Assembly (NCBI GenBank): GCA_965153285.1
Contig: OZ229113.1
From: Podarcis tiliguerta
Lineage: Eukaryota
Length of the DNA stretch: 64,000 nt
Strand: one strand, 5' to 3'
The notes below the pieces were generated by a model. The model did not search any database and was not told the DNA's origin. It saw only the letters and a program-made list of their open reading frames with translations. Made by a program: the position numbers and the translations under genes. This document shows, one piece after another, positions 25,369 to 39,141 of the stretch (its first letter is position 1; each line of letters starts with the position of its first letter).

Positions 25369-26358
25369 TGTGAAGGGCGTAGAAAATGGCTGAGCGGACT
25401 GCAAAGTCACCGTTTTGGCTCAGTAGGAAGGAAACCTTATTTATTTCAAGGATGTTACTTCTGAGTAAAACATAATGTTATGAGTTTGTGGGTGCCAGAC
25501 CCCTCTAATTCTAGCAAGTGTTAAAAACTAAACAAACCAGGCTAGTTTCCTGATGTGGTAACTGTCTGGGTGATGGGCCATTAAGAGAACAAATAAAAGG
25601 GAGCTCTGTGTCAGACCGAAAATGGCTGGGCTCTTAGTAAGAAGGACAAAGCCTGAGTTTGAGGGCAGAATTTGCTGTTATGCGAACTAGAAGCTGGAGA
25701 AAAAGCAGCTAGCAGAGGATCAGAGTGCAATGCTTATTCTCTGCTTGAATTCCAGGCTGTGGCTAAGGGAGAAAAAAGACTCAGGCTCAGGTTATACATA
25801 TGTGTAAATAAACCATATATCATAAAGACACCACAGTCTCTGCTCTGCTTCATTCCCAAAAGGAAACACTGTTCTGTCCTGAGACTTCTCTCAATCTGGA
25901 GAGTATAAACAAAACTCCACAAAGCTCTCAAACGTGTATTTTATTGACGTTCACAAGACACATGTAGAGGTACTTCCTCATATGGCTCTGAATGAATGTG
26001 GTTAGGAGCTCTTTGTGAAGTTCTGTAAGAACGAGTGACTACCCCGCTTCCTGGGCTTGCAAGAACTAAAACAGAACTAGGTTGCAAAAGAGAGAGGGAG
26101 TTTCTCCCTGCTCTGGGCAGAGCCAATAGATACTAGAATATTACTGTGCCTTCATTTCCCAGCCTGCCTTGAGGTCTAGAAAGGTACTACCTTTTCTTAG
26201 AGGAGCAGCATGATTATTCCTTCTACCTAATACTAATACACAGATTTGCTGTCACTAAATAACTGGACCCTGTGGGAGCAGAACAAACACAGACCCTGGG
26301 TAAGTGCCTGGCGCCCCTGGAATCTTGCACTGCTTGGAGACTGGGGTGGCATGCACCC
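25369..26358 (+). mobile_element. Solo LTR (outer), interrupted by a second LTR
   Basis: TG start, AATAAA at ~25807, and U5-like sequence that resumes after the nested insert at 26291. The 3' terminus is approximate. Confidence 0.6.
25870..26285 (-). mobile_element. Solo LTR (nested, 416 bp)
   Basis: Inverted termini TGTTCTG...CAGAACA, 5-bp TSD AACAC at 25865-25869 and 26286-26290, and a minus-strand AATAAA at ~25940. Confidence 0.85.
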
Positions 26359-28409
26359 CGGCAATTGTGTTTTGTTCTGTAAAGGCAGCAGAATGAATGA
26401 AATAACACTGGCACAGAGAAAAGTGCTTAAACAAACATACCCCCGGTAAGTTCCTTCATCCACCTTCCCCTATTTCTTTCTGCTGGTCAACATTCCTTTC
26501 TTTAATTCCTTGGCAACTGTGATTAAGCAGTAGTGCTGCCTGCCAAAAACTAAAGCTTTAAAGTTATCTCCAGGAGTTGTTTTATAACTTTCTTTTAAAT
26601 TTCCCAATAAACTTCTTCTTTTTTTAATGAAAGCTAAGAGTCTGGGTCCCCTGTTGGCATGAGGCCCAGTAAGTGTGTACCCTCATACTGCCTTGTCAGC
26701 AGCCCTGGATTGTTTCAGATTGTAATCTCAGTCACAGAAAGCCTCTGGCTTCAGGCTTTCTGTTCAAACAGGTATGGCTTTTTGGTCTTCCTTCCATGTA
26801 CAACTGCATAATACATAAGGCAATGCTAGCAAACTTCATCTTTAGCTCTCAGCAGGGAACTAATAATAGTGCATGATTGCAGTTTAGCACATGTGTCACC
26901 AAAGCTAGCACCTCACTGATTTGGGAGCAGAGTGGCAAACTTTAATTCAGTATAAACCTGACCTAATAGGTTTAAAAAACAGAAAAAGCTAGCCATGACC
27001 ACAATCTTTTTGCTCTTGAAAGCCAATGTTTATTTTCTTCACCTTTTTGTGAATCTTTTCTATACATTTTAGAAACCGGAATACTGTTGCTATTTTATTA
27101 AAGATGCTTTAGCTATTTGAATTTGCAAAATTGTAAAAAGTGCAGGGAGCTTCCTGGAGAACAGAAATCGGCCCTCCAGCTCATGTAGAGTAAATTATGC
27201 TGACCAGTTATTTGAATGTGGATGAGTGGGTCAACATGGTGTGAATCATCAGAACATGGGTGGAGGAGATGGGCAAGCCAGGTCTGCCCTCCTGGGTTCT
27301 TAGCGCATCATAAAACATCAGATCTGCAAGTCCCAGTGCAGATCTTTGAATCCAGAATGCTAGCTGATCATATTTCCACCCATCACCAGTGAAATGTGGA
27401 TTTTCTTCTGCCTTCTTTCCAATACCAAAAGACAGCTAAATATAAAATGCACCACAATGTCCTTTACACAGGGTATAAAACATACTTGCAAAATGCATAT
27501 CAAATGGTGTGCATGCGATTGGAAATAGGGTTGCAAATAAGGTCTGAAGATGAATGGCTGGCAGCTAGCTCCAGCTTCCTTCCTCTGGATCCCTGATTCC
27601 TCTTCCTCTTTTGGTCCTCTTGGCTCTTACCTTCTTCTGTGATGTTCACATGGCACTGCTGTAAAGCAATGGTATGGCTTAGTCCCGGTCTGCAGTTTCT
27701 AATGGGAAAGGAGGATTTCGAAATCTGCCTCTCAGGTGGAAACTGGGAGGTTCTCTGAAGAGAAACAGGCACACAGACACTGTGGAATATTATTATAGAA
27801 GGTTAAAACTCCTTTGCGTCTATGTTAAAGTGTTGATCCTTTCTTCTTTCCAAATTTCTGCTCCCAACACTTCCTGTGTCTGATTTCGTGTACATTAAAA
27901 CACGGTATTCAACTGAAACAAATTTATGGTTATGTTAAATTCTCCATAGCAAACCCGAAATCCCTTGAAGCTGATAAACCCTTTTCCTTTTCCCTTTCGC
28001 AGATCAAAGTAAAGGATACCTTTTAATCTTTCAGAAACTTGTATTTTAATGAGAATTGTAACCCCGTATTGTAAACCTCTCCTTAAGTGACTTGGCCTAG
28101 TAGCAGGAAAAACAATCAAAGCTTCTTTAGCTGCTCACATTAAGATTCATTTGCTTCATAGCTAGAGCATTTCTGCTGATAGGTCAGAAATTCCATGTGT
28201 TAAATATAGCTACATATCAGAGTGAAATTAACTAAAGCAACAAAGGAAAGGACTTCCAAACCAGAAAGGAACCAGCCTTGAGTATAGCTCCGACACACAA
28301 ACACAAGTGCAACAATGGCTTTTTACTTGAAATTTTAGTAGGGGCAGAAAATGCTACTGCAATGAGACATCGTACTTAGAAATAATTACTAAATATTACT
28401 AGCTTTACA

Positions 28410-28872
28410 TCCGTATAGTAAAAGCTATGGTTTTCCCAGTAGTGATGTATGGAAGTGAGAGCTGGACCATAAAGAAGGCTGATCGCCGAAGAATTGACGC
28501 TTTTGAATTATGGTGCTGGAGAAGACTCTTGAGAGTCCCATGGACTGCAAGAAGATCAAACCTCTCCATTCTTAAGGAAATCAGCCCCGAGTGCTCACTG
28601 GAAGGACAGATCGTGAAGCTGAGGCTCCAATACTTTGGCCACCTCATAAGAAGAGAAGACTCCCTGGAAAAGACCCTGATGCTGGGAAAGATGGAGGGCA
28701 CAAGGAGAAGGGGATGATAGAGGACAAGATGGTTAGACAGTGTTCTCGAAGCTACAAACATGAGTCTGACCAAACTGTGGGAGGCAGTGGAAGACAGGAG
28801 TGCCTGGCGTGCTCTGGTCCATGGGGTCACGAAGAGTCGGACACAACTGAATGACTAAACAACAACAACAGC
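28410..28872 (+). mobile_element. Bov-B (RTE) LINE, 5'-truncated
   Basis: ORF reads VFPVVMYGSESWTIKKADRRRIDAFELWCWRR, followed by a (CAA)n tail. 12-bp TSD ACTAGCTTTACA at 28398-28409 and 28873-28884. Confidence 0.97.
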
Positions 28873-29114
28873 ACTAGCTTTACAAATGGCAGCAAAAGAA
28901 ACCAGTTTGCTGCTTGCCCTTCATCCTAAGATCTCAGTGTGGGTTACAGATTGTATTGTTTAAGGACCAAACTAGATGTGATTGGGACAGCTGTTCTGCA
29001 CATGTTCACTCCATTCTCGCATCAGACACCAAGTGTAGTTAATCTAAACTTCATACCCATTTGTGCCATGGACCTCTCCCCTCTTCACCTGCCCTAATCC
29101 TGAGTTGGTCTTGA

Positions 29115-29450
29115 GCAGAGGCAAGGAACCTCAGGTGTGGGAGCCAAATGGAGCCCTCCAGGTTTCTCTCCCTGGTCCTCCCCCCCCCCATGGCTTCTCC
29201 CTAGCTGGCCTTGCTCTGTACCTTCCTTTTGCCAGAATGTGTCCTTGAAAAGTGATGGTGTCTCTTTCATGCCAGAATGGAGATACGACTGTATGTCTGT
29301 CTGTAGGAATCTAGTAGCTGGAATGAAGCCCATTGTATACAGGTAAGAGTTGCATTCATAGCCCAACCATGTCTTGGTTTGACTATGCCTGCTGCTGGAC
29401 TGAAAGGGGGTAGGAGACCTGGAGCATTGATTAATGTCCCCTCACCTGTA
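29115..29450. mobile_element. Degenerate hAT-like MITE
   Basis: Homologous to 9158-9460. Confidence 0.5.
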
Positions 29451-31892
29451 TGTCCCCCCCTTTGGTTAAAAATGAAGCCCCCGTTCTCAATTTATACAGT
29501 CTTACGAATAAACTAACATGTCTCCCCACCACATCTAGAAAAAAGGCTTTCTGAGGACAGAAAGACTGTGATTTGTGCTACTGGTGGATACTAGTCAGGT
29601 ATCAGCTACTTATATTTTCCATTACTAAAGTTCTCTTTGCTGCAGAAAAAGGTATTTATAATGGGCTTTTAGCAAACAGATAGATGAATGAGGTTTCTTG
29701 TTGAGCTAGGGATCTGTATGTTCCCAGAGTTCCCTCATAATGTATAAGTCCATGGATAATTGCTAATGAGCCAAGCCCCTGGAGAGCCAAGCTTCTGATC
29801 TTCGCTCTTTTCAAGGAGGTCTTTATGTCTGTCAGCACCTGCTGAATATCACATTAATAGCTTTGAATAAAGGACCTGGGTAAAAGAGCGAAGATCATTC
29901 CATAATAATCAAGCTTATAGTTCAGGGAACTGAAAGCATGAACAAAATAGAAAAATGACAAGTCGTTTAAACGGGTGGATCAACTAATTTCAAAACGTGG
30001 GAACATATGGTACCACTCAGCTGCCCCTCATTAGAAGAGACGCCACTCATTTTAGACCCAAAAAACTAACACCCTCCTACACAGCCCTGATGTTCGCACT
30101 TTATTACAGTAAATTGTTTACAGAAAAGAGGCTAAATCATGAAAACAGGGCTGTGGAAAATATCACTTTGGGAGTTGAAATTCCCACAGGAGAAGCACTT
30201 TGAGGAAAGAGCGGAGGGGGAGGAACTTCTAAAATGCATCTACCACCTCACACGACAACTAAGTCCCATGAGCACATCCACTCTGATATATTCATACACA
30301 CAAATGCACGTACATCATCACTGTAGTCATTACTGTACAAACAAGAGAAACTAAATGAACAAAAAGCACTAAAGCCCAAACTGAGAAAGAAAATGAGAAA
30401 AATATTCAGCATCTATCTCAGACCATAGCCAGTATTACTAGATGAACAGGTCACCATGGTACAGTCTTGTTCAAGTATTGTATAAATGGGTTCTATTGTG
30501 TTAACAAACCCTGGTTTAAATTAATATTTCCACCCCGGAGATAGGAGGAAGCCCCACTCAGTAGGATTTACTTCTGAGAAGACATGGTTAGGATTGTGCT
30601 ATTACAAATCAACACCATCTTCCAATTCTTTCATTTCCAGATCTCAGGACTTGGCAAATGGTCTTGTTCCTAATATTTAGTAATAAAATCCTACCTATAA
30701 TTAATGAATTAGCCAATAACTGTCTGTGTTCAGATCTAACATAAGGCTTCACATAAAATATTTATAGGTATCAATGGGATCTCTTTAACTATAATGTCTT
30801 TAACATATAATAAAATATATTTTCCATATTGCTAGGTGATGTCACAGCCCCATCAGATGTGGAAGCAAGTCTCAATGTATCATTCAAACATGTAGCAATT
30901 GAATTACTATGCAATCTGTATATTCTTACAGCATAATGTATATGTTATAGTTTTTTTATTAAAAGCTTACCCATTGAATATACATATATATGATGTCCAT
31001 TGTAAGAATTGGTCATCTCAGTAAGCAACTCTCCACTCAATTTTATTTTAAAGTATTTTATCACTGTTAATCAAACCACTCTGAATACTTTGGATAGTAG
31101 GCACTGTTCTCCAACAGAGTTGTCATTAAAACCTCAAAAGGTGCAATTATTCAGTACAAAAACAAACATATTATTTTGAATAATAAACTTGAATTTTCAG
31201 GTATTGCGAAAAATCGAGAACTTGCTTATTACGTACCTTTTGTATTAATGTGCCTAAAGATAAAACACTCCCCAAACCATTCCTCAAGGCAAATTTTAAA
31301 GCTCCTTTCCTCTTTAAGTTTCTGAATTTTTTTGCTGCCAAGAAAAGAGGAGAATGGATATATTTTTTATGTTATTAAGAAACTTGCAGAATGGTTATTT
31401 TCACCACTGTTTCTTGTATCCACTCAAAGCCACAAGGAAATTTATACACACCATTTGACTCTGGCTTGGCAATTCGGAGCCAGATGGTAACCTTCAGGGA
31501 GCTGATTTTTTGCTCAGGGCCATCAGTTCTCAATGCTCTACTGTATGAGAAGTGGGATGGATGCAGGCTATGTAAGTATCACACTGCTTGCCATGATGAA
31601 AGGACCAAACTCCATTGGTGTTCCAACCAACTGTTTGCAAAGGATGGAGGGCTTTGAAAACATTCAATATGCATGCTTGCAAAGACTCAAGATGTCCTGC
31701 CACTGGCTCCCCTCTGTCTCTGTCCTGTGGCTAAGAATCATAGAATCACAGAATTGGAGAGTTGCAAATTTAGCGCTGAGAAGAGGAAGGCTGCCACAGG
31801 CAGTCCCAAACCATAGCAGAGGAACTTTTCACTCCCGGGACTTGAGAGACCTTACCAGCAGACCGTTTTGTGGGCCTACAAGCAAGCTGTAC

Positions 31893-32600
31893 TTTATTTT
31901 TTTATTTTTTGCTTTATTAAAAATCTCTTATATCGTATGACACATTTCATATAGCATATCTCATATAACATACATATACATATGTATTGCACATCTTCTT
32001 GAGTAAACATATATATAATCCATGTAAGCAAAAACCATATACAAGTAGTATTCTGTTTATAAATTAAACTGATTCATATTTCACTCTTTTGTTGTCTTAT
32101 CTTTTTATTAACATGAGTTAAAGAAAGAAAAAACCAGAAAGAAAAAAAAAAGGTGTAGTTGGACTTACTATCATTTCCTGCTGTATAGCCTTTTTCTAGT
32201 AATGAATATACCTATCATTATTGAGTTATTCTTTATATTCCTTCTAATACATTCTTACAACAGTTAGTACCTTTTGACTTATTTGCTAGTCCGTTATAGC
32301 TGAAACATTTCTGCCTTTCCAGTTCATTGCTATCAATGTTCGAGCTGCAGCCGTGGCATACAGAAAAATTTCTCTCAAATTTTTCAGAATATCGTTGTCG
32401 AGAATGATTAGCAGAAAAGCCTTGGGCTTTTTTGGAAAGGTTAACCCAAAGTTTTTTTCCAGCTCATCAAGGCACCCAAATTCTCTAATCTTTCTACATG
32501 TCCACCACATGTCTCCATTACTTTCCCCACACTTCCAACAGTTGTTTGCTATGTTTTTGTACAAGCTGTACTTTAAATCAAAAGGTGCTTGATCATCTTG
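31893..32600 (-). mobile_element. L1-clade LINE 3' fragment (ORF2 C-terminus plus 3' UTR)
   Basis: ORF 32286-32621 carries a CWKC...WWTC zinc-knuckle remnant and ATAAARTLIAMNWK. A minus-strand AATAAA and A-rich tail lie at ~31895-31920. Confidence 0.85.
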
Positions 32601-32847
32601 GTGTTTCATTTGCAATAGCACGCAGCCAGTATTTCAGGAAGGATGCTTCGAAAATGGCACATGGCGCTTCTCTTGGGACATTGGCTGCAGTGTGAAGTTT
32701 TGCTCCAGCCTTCCTGCCTCAAGGCCTTCTGCCACCTCTGCACCTTGCTTCCTGGGATGTCCTTACATCAGTTTTCCAATCTGTAGTCTGCTCGGCATAG
32801 CTTCCCCTTTCCTAAGGCTTCTGTACAGTTTAATCTCAGCCAACTGT

Positions 32848-33555
32848 CTGCATCAACAAAAGTATATTGTGTCTAGATCAAGGGAAGTAATAATACCACT
32901 CTATTCTGCCTTGTTCAGACCACACCTGGAATACTGTGTCCAGTTCTGGGTGATGAAATTTAAGAAGGATGTTGACAAGCTGCAATGTGTGCAGAGGAGG
33001 GCAACCAAGCCTTATGAGGAAGAGTTGAAGGAGCTGGGTATGTTTAGCCTGGAAAAAAAAGGAGTCTGAGAGGAGATATGAATCAAATATCTCAAGGGCT
33101 GTCCCATAGAAGAAGGAGCAAGCTTGTTTTCTGCTGCTCTGGAGGGTTGGACTCAAACCAATGGATTCAAATAACAAGAAAGGAGATTCCGACTAAACAT
33201 CAGGAAAAACTTTCTGACAGTGGGAACAGTCTCCCTCAGGAGGTTGTGGACTCTCCTTCCCTGGAGGTTTTTAAGCAGATGTTGGAGGGCCATCTGCCAT
33301 GGATACTGTTATGTACTATGCTTGGATCCTAGAACAATAGGCAAGTAGGATCCTAGAATGCAACAACTGATTGGCTTGCAGGAAAAGACCAATCAGGCTC
33401 CAGGAGGGAAGCAGAATAAGCCAATCAGACAGGACTCATTGTGTAAATAATGTATATAAAAGCCTGAGGTTTGGGGGGCAATTCAATCACTGTTTTACAA
33501 GCTGCAGTAAAGAGCATGAAGGGCTCCCTTCCAACTCTACAATTCTATGATTTTC
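32848..33555 (+). mobile_element. CR1 LINE 3' fragment interrupted by an LTR
   Basis: Translates as [26 protein letters not shown]. The tail CCCTTCCAACTCTACAATTCTATGATT resumes at ~33521. Confidence 0.93.
33307..33520 (+). mobile_element. Short LTR, 3'-truncated, inserted in the CR1 3' UTR
   Basis: TGTTATG start, repeated CCAATCAG boxes, TATATAAAA, and an AGTAAA poly(A)-like signal. Confidence 0.7.
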
Positions 33556-34845
33556 ATGAAAATTCCCTAGCATCACAGTGCTTTAGCTTAGCAATGTCAG
33601 AGGCCTCACTATCACAGAATAAGTATTTTAAAAAGCACACAATGCCTGACTTCAAATTAGTATAGGAAGCAACCCTATATACAGAGTTTTCACAGCACTC
33701 CCTAGATTTAGAGTGTTGTTCTATAAACTCTTAATCAATACAATTCACAGCACATCTTTGAATCTCAGGGCAACCCCATCTCAACATTCAGGGTGACCCA
33801 GAGAAGGTCCAAATCAGTTGGAGCCATCAGGGCTTATGCAAATGCAAGCCAGCACGAAATGACCTGTACAAATAACTACAGCTCCCCATGCCAAGCTGCA
33901 GTGGGTTAGCAGGATCTGACTGCTTTGAGTCCAGACCTCTGAAGACTCTCTGCAAGGCAGGATTTGCTTTTGAGAAGCTGTTTGTAGTGTTGAAGGATTC
34001 ACCTCTGTTGCTGCTGTCTCCGTTCAGATTAGCCAGCAAAGTATAACATCGGTGCCTGCTGTTTCATCGTGCCTGGTGGGTATATATTGAGATCAAACAC
34101 TTTACATCTGCACAGGAAGAAAGGCAAGAAATGTATCGTACTTAAAAACCAGAAAACAGAAAGGCAACAAACATGGTCATGGCGCTAGTTGTTCCGCTTC
34201 AGGCTTTACTTTTAACCAGCAATGCTAAACGCTTGAAGCCAGCCAGCCCTGTGCACATTACTTTTCGTAACAACACAGGAGACAGCAGGTATTTTAAATG
34301 CATACATAAATGCATACACAAATGTTATCGGAATCCAGACTTTCTTTTGTGCCAAGTTATTGGATAGGTGCACTTTGAAACTAGGGGTGCCATGAATAGC
34401 TGTGATTTCCTACTCCTAATCACCGTTTCAAGGAATGCACAAGTTGTGGGGCACTCAAGACAATGGCAGAGTGATTCAGATCGGCATTAATTTATACACT
34501 ACTGTCTGTGCCTTGAAGAGGAGGGATGTGGTATACATTTTAGGTAATGCTTGCTTTATTTATTCAGCCACCAAAGAAATGTGATTGGGATATAAATCCT
34601 GATAATAAATAAGCAATAAATACAAAACAGTCATAGGCCACCTTTATGTCAAAATGCTCTACAAGTGGCCTTACATCAATTGTTAAGGTACAAATGAATT
34701 ATCCCCATGTGTGCCCCATGGGTGGGGAAGATGGTTGGAGCGCAAGAATAGTGCTCCATGGCACGGCCATGCCTATGCCAGTTGGCCTTTGGGGAGTTGA
34801 CCAGAGAGGGAATGTCTCTCTTCTGGTCCACTCCTGGATTATACA

Positions 34846-34893
34846 GTTGGATGACCTTCGTGGTCCCTCCAACTCTAAAATTATATGATTCTA
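34846..34893 (+). mobile_element. CR1-type 3' tail remnant
   Basis: GATGACCTTCGTGGTCCCTCCAACTCTAAAATTATATGATTCTA. Confidence 0.7.
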
Positions 34894-35135
34894 GGAAATC
34901 ATAAGCCCCAGCCAAGCACTGTTTGGGATGTGATGTAAGGGGATTGGGAATGGAAGAACAGTTCCCAGTTGCTTTGCACTCACCATTGCCTGCCCGCCCT
35001 TTTCACTTCATTCGGAGTTGATTTTGTAGACAGTACTTCCCCTAGCATGAAGATGCGCAAAAGCCCCCTGTTGTAAACAAAAACTGCTCTCTTTCCCTTA
35101 TGGGGTACACAAGAGTCCTTTGTAGGTTCTCCATC

Positions 35136-35716
35136 AGTAGGAGAAAATAACAGAGGCCAACCAGAGAATATTGAGAAGCAAAGAAGCTGGTAAGCCTGAT
35201 CTTTATTAAAGCTGTTGCAACAGGGTGCTCCCCCACACGCAGGAGAGAGGAGGAGGACCCAGAACAAAGATGTGCAAGCCCTTATATAGACTTTTGAACT
35301 GCCCACCCTGGAGCCCAAGACCACCTATCCATACATCATACATATGGTACACCAGAGAAGGGGCGGACTACAACAGAAATCTGAGTACGTTGTTTTTATC
35401 CTGTCTGCCAGGTTACCTGATTGGATTACCTGGGCATCCTGGCAATTCTTTTGCTATGATAACTACTTAGTTATTGAATCCAGGTCACAGCTTACCCTAT
35501 TCCTATCTTAACTGTGCCATTGAGACAGGATTCGTGAGCAAAGAGACAATGGGGAGGCTACCCATTTCCTTCGACCTTGCAGAGAAATATTTGAGGTCAA
35601 TGTGGAAGAGACAAATGGTTTCAGGCCTTTTTCTTTGGGTCTCAGACATGTGGTCTATACATTTATGTATGTGCTTGCTTGGTACATTTATGTAAGGCCT
35701 TAAAATTCTTATAATA
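35136..35716 (-). mobile_element. ERV-like solo LTR
   Basis: Minus-strand TATA (CTATATAAG, ~35281-35289) followed ~80 nt later by AATAAA (~35202-35207), with CCAAT upstream. Boundaries are approximate. Confidence 0.65.
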
Positions 35717-38700
35717 CCCCCCCCCCCTTACTGGGAACTTATAAGGAGGAGGTTCAGACACACACACACTCATATATATTTCAAGTTAGCTCCACCCACT
35801 GCTGGCCATGCACCCCACAGTCTGCATACTCCATAGGCTGTGAAGGCAAAGGACCCTCCATATGAGAGATCCCCACCCATGAAGGGGATGTCTGTTCATA
35901 CATCAGTGTGTCTATTAAGGCCCTTGTCACATGTGAAGAATGCATGGAGTATGGTGTGTGAGGCTGGGACTAGCCTGGGGGGGGGGAGGGCTGTGACCTC
36001 TTCATGTGTAATTTGGGCATATGGGGAGGTGTCATATGGGGGTTCCAGTCTGCACTCCAGACCACCTACTTAAGTTGGAATCTTGTGGCCACATTGCCTG
36101 AGAGTCTGGTGCATCGGTACCCCCTATATTCGCCTCTGATTTTGTGTAAGAAGCGCAAGACAGGGAAATCTGGTCCATTCCTCTCTCTCTTTTTTTTTTG
36201 GGGGGGGGGGGAGGTGTTATTTCTAAAAGAGCTGTAACACTGCAACCCCAAACACGTTTACTAGGCCATAAATTCAGCAGATTTCAGTGAGACTTACTTC
36301 TATGTAAACATGGGCTGGCACTGTAGGACTGCAATGCTTAGCCACCTTAATGGTGAGTCTCTGATTTAAATCAAAAGGACTTTCACCCCAGTAAACGTGG
36401 GAAAACTGTTTTTTTCCATGTGCTTTGGATTGGGGAGAACAACACCAGATAAATAAATGTTTTCAAATACAGTATGGTTGGAATGGGGGAAGGTGTTTGC
36501 AAGCATCTTCTGGGAGGCAAATATAATCTAAAAATAAGTTATTGTTATGCGATTCCTTTGTGATTTTCTTCTCCTTTGTACACTATTTTTAATGCATTCC
36601 CCCTTGTGCTGTTTCTTACCTTTTGTTCTCTGTTTGTTTCATTAGTTCTAGATTGTTTATGGTTACTTGCTTTTTATTTTAACTGCATTTGCTATTCCCT
36701 GCGTCTGTCCCCCTGGACAGGCATTCTTCTCTCTTCCACATTACTGCTTTCTATGTGCCAAGATTAAATACTCTTTGATCTTCTTTGCTCCCACTGATCC
36801 ATTTACATCACTTCTGTATGTTTTTCTGGTCCTTGGATTACTTAACTCTTAAGTCCCTGATTTATTCTAGGTGTCAAGCTCTGTTTTCAGTTATCTCTCA
36901 GAATCTGATACTTTACTTTCTGAAACTATGATTACAGAAACGTGTATGGACATCTTTTATCCACCAGTCATTTGTTATCCCAGATTATCTATAGAGTTTT
37001 TCAGTAGAGTATGATGTTCCTCCATGTGACAGTAATTATGTAACACATGATGAGTGCTCCTATGTTTTGAGCCTTTGAAATGCAAGTTGGCACAAATAAA
37101 AGCAAAATTCTCTATTGTCCGATCTGCTCGGCAGTTCTGGAACTTTAGTACAAATACAGGACTGGTGAAAATGGACTGTAGGGATGATTTGTGCCAAGTT
37201 GTTCACCTCTGGAAGAAAAGAAGAAACCTTGGAGAGTAGAATGGTTCTACTTTGGCCAGAACACTGGAGCAGATTGTGGAACCTTGAGTGGATTGCACAA
37301 TCAGGCACATTCAAGCCCTTCCGATGCTGAAGAAATCAGTGAAAACCCTCCCACCACACTTGAGATAGTTCTATTTGAGCAGCACCATATAACGCATTTT
37401 TGATAATTCCAGACTGCTCATGGCCATGCACATATCAAACCTTCAGTGCTGCGTGGCGCTGGTGTTCCCGCTGGCCCCTCTCCATGTTAGGGGCTTTTCA
37501 TCATTTTAAAAATGTATCCATAACCTGCTGAGATGTTTTCATCCTAGTTGGCATATAGCTGGGGTGAAATTTGGTAACACTCCTCATGGGATGCAAGGAG
37601 GATAGGAACAGTCTTTGGACCCAGAGCTCAAAGGATTGTTAATGCAACCCAGTAGAAGACATGACTCCATGCCCACTTTTATAGTGCAGGTCCGTTTGAT
37701 TCAGCTCCACAGGTTAAGCAGCATTCTTGGGGCAGGGTTTGTTCTGCTACAACAAAGCACCTTTTAGGTTTCCTTTCTTTTTTTAAGTTACAGAAACATA
37801 TGCAGCCTTTGGCTGCCGACGCTACCTTTTTGTCCCCAGAAACTCGGCACCACCACTTCCATCTCGCACACTGACACTTCAGATTAATTGCCAGCTTTTC
37901 CCCTGCTGAACTCAGCCAGCAAGCCACTTATGACTTCAGCAGATGTTTCTGCACTTCTAGCAAGCTAAAAAAGTTTATGTTCCCTTCCGCTTCCTTCTGC
38001 ATTGACAAATTAACTCCACTGCAGCAGAAGAATTAAAGGGATGGGGGAGGAGAGAGAGAGAACCACCAAAACTTATAGCAAAGAAATAACTAGCTACCAA
38101 ATTAATTTGAATAATGACCCTGTTAAGGCCTCACTTCTATCCAAGTGGGAGGGCTGGAGTCCAAGCTGAGAATAGACAGAGGCCCAAACTGACCCAGTAA
38201 GAGAAAGAAAAACAAACACCATGTTCTTCAACCGAATGCTTCTTCAAGTAATCTGCTTTAGAATTAGGTTTGGTTAATTGAGCTTCAACTACCACTTATT
38301 TTTTAAAAAGGAAAATAACCTAGTTGAATTCAAGCCCAGTCCTGACCCCGTCATATGATGACATAGTCTGAATCTTTCTCCTAGCCCCTCTTGAGCCCCC
38401 AGTCACACCCTGTGAGATCTCCCAGGTCATAATATCCCAGATTTCCTTAACTGGTGTTGCAGGAGCACCAGTGACAACCGTTTCTGCGGCAGGTAGGGAA
38501 GAAAGGCTGTCTCTCACCCAAAGCTTGCTGTCTTCTTCCCTGGTGCTTTAAAGCCTGATATAATATGATAGGAACATGGAGAGAAGGAAAGAAGGCCACC
38601 CTACCTGCAGATTTGCAACCAGTAGGGAGGAGTGTATTGGGGGGTAGCCGTTCTCTGGACTCAAGTGGTAAACATATCTTCCCACTGGCTCACTGTATAC

Positions 38701-38809
38701 AGAATAATGCTGTTCTGTGATGAGGCTGGGGAACTGCAGATCTGCTTTCAGCATAACTTTAGTTGCATCTTCACGACCATCAAAGAAGATGCAGTCAATA
38801 TCACCCTTC

Positions 38810-38853
38810 CTTTTCTTTTCTTTTCTTTTCTTTTCTTTTCTTTTCTTTTCTTT
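38810..38853. repeat. (CTTTT)n microsatellite
   Basis: Read directly. Confidence 0.98.
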
Positions 38854-38899
38854 CCCTTCTTTTAGCTTTTATGTTTGATCTCTGATGTTGACTTATGTA

Positions 38900-39141
38900 C
38901 AGTGGTACCTCAGGTTACAAACGCTTCAGGTTACATAAGCTTCAGGTTACAGAATCCGCTAACCCAGAAATAGTGCTTCAGGTTAAGAACTTTGCTTCAG
39001 GGTGAGAACAGAAATCATGCTCCGGTGGTGCGGCAGCAGCAGGAGGCCCCATTAGCTAAAGTGGTGCTGCAGGTTAAGAACAGTTTCAGGTTAAGTATGG
39101 ACCTCCGGAACGAATTAAGTACTTAATCTGAGGTACCACTG
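38900..39141 (+). mobile_element. Tc1/mariner (Tigger-like) MITE, full length
   Basis: TIR CAGTGGTACCTCAG / CTGAGGTACCACTG, TA TSD, and internal CTTCAGGTTA repeats. Confidence 0.95.

Noticed and set aside
26244-26299. Apparent plus-strand exon (CAG| ... |GTAAGT)
   Set aside because: It straddles the junction of two nested LTRs and the peptide is unrecognisable.
35717-35731. C-run next to the LTR as a polypurine tract
   Set aside because: No internal ERV sequence is recognisable beyond it, and C/G homopolymers are common in this window.
38900-39141. Short spaced repeats (CTTCAGGTTA, and CGCAAGACG at 62472-62842) resembling a CRISPR array
   Set aside because: They are subterminal MITE repeats in eukaryotic DNA, with no regular repeat-spacer period and no cas genes.
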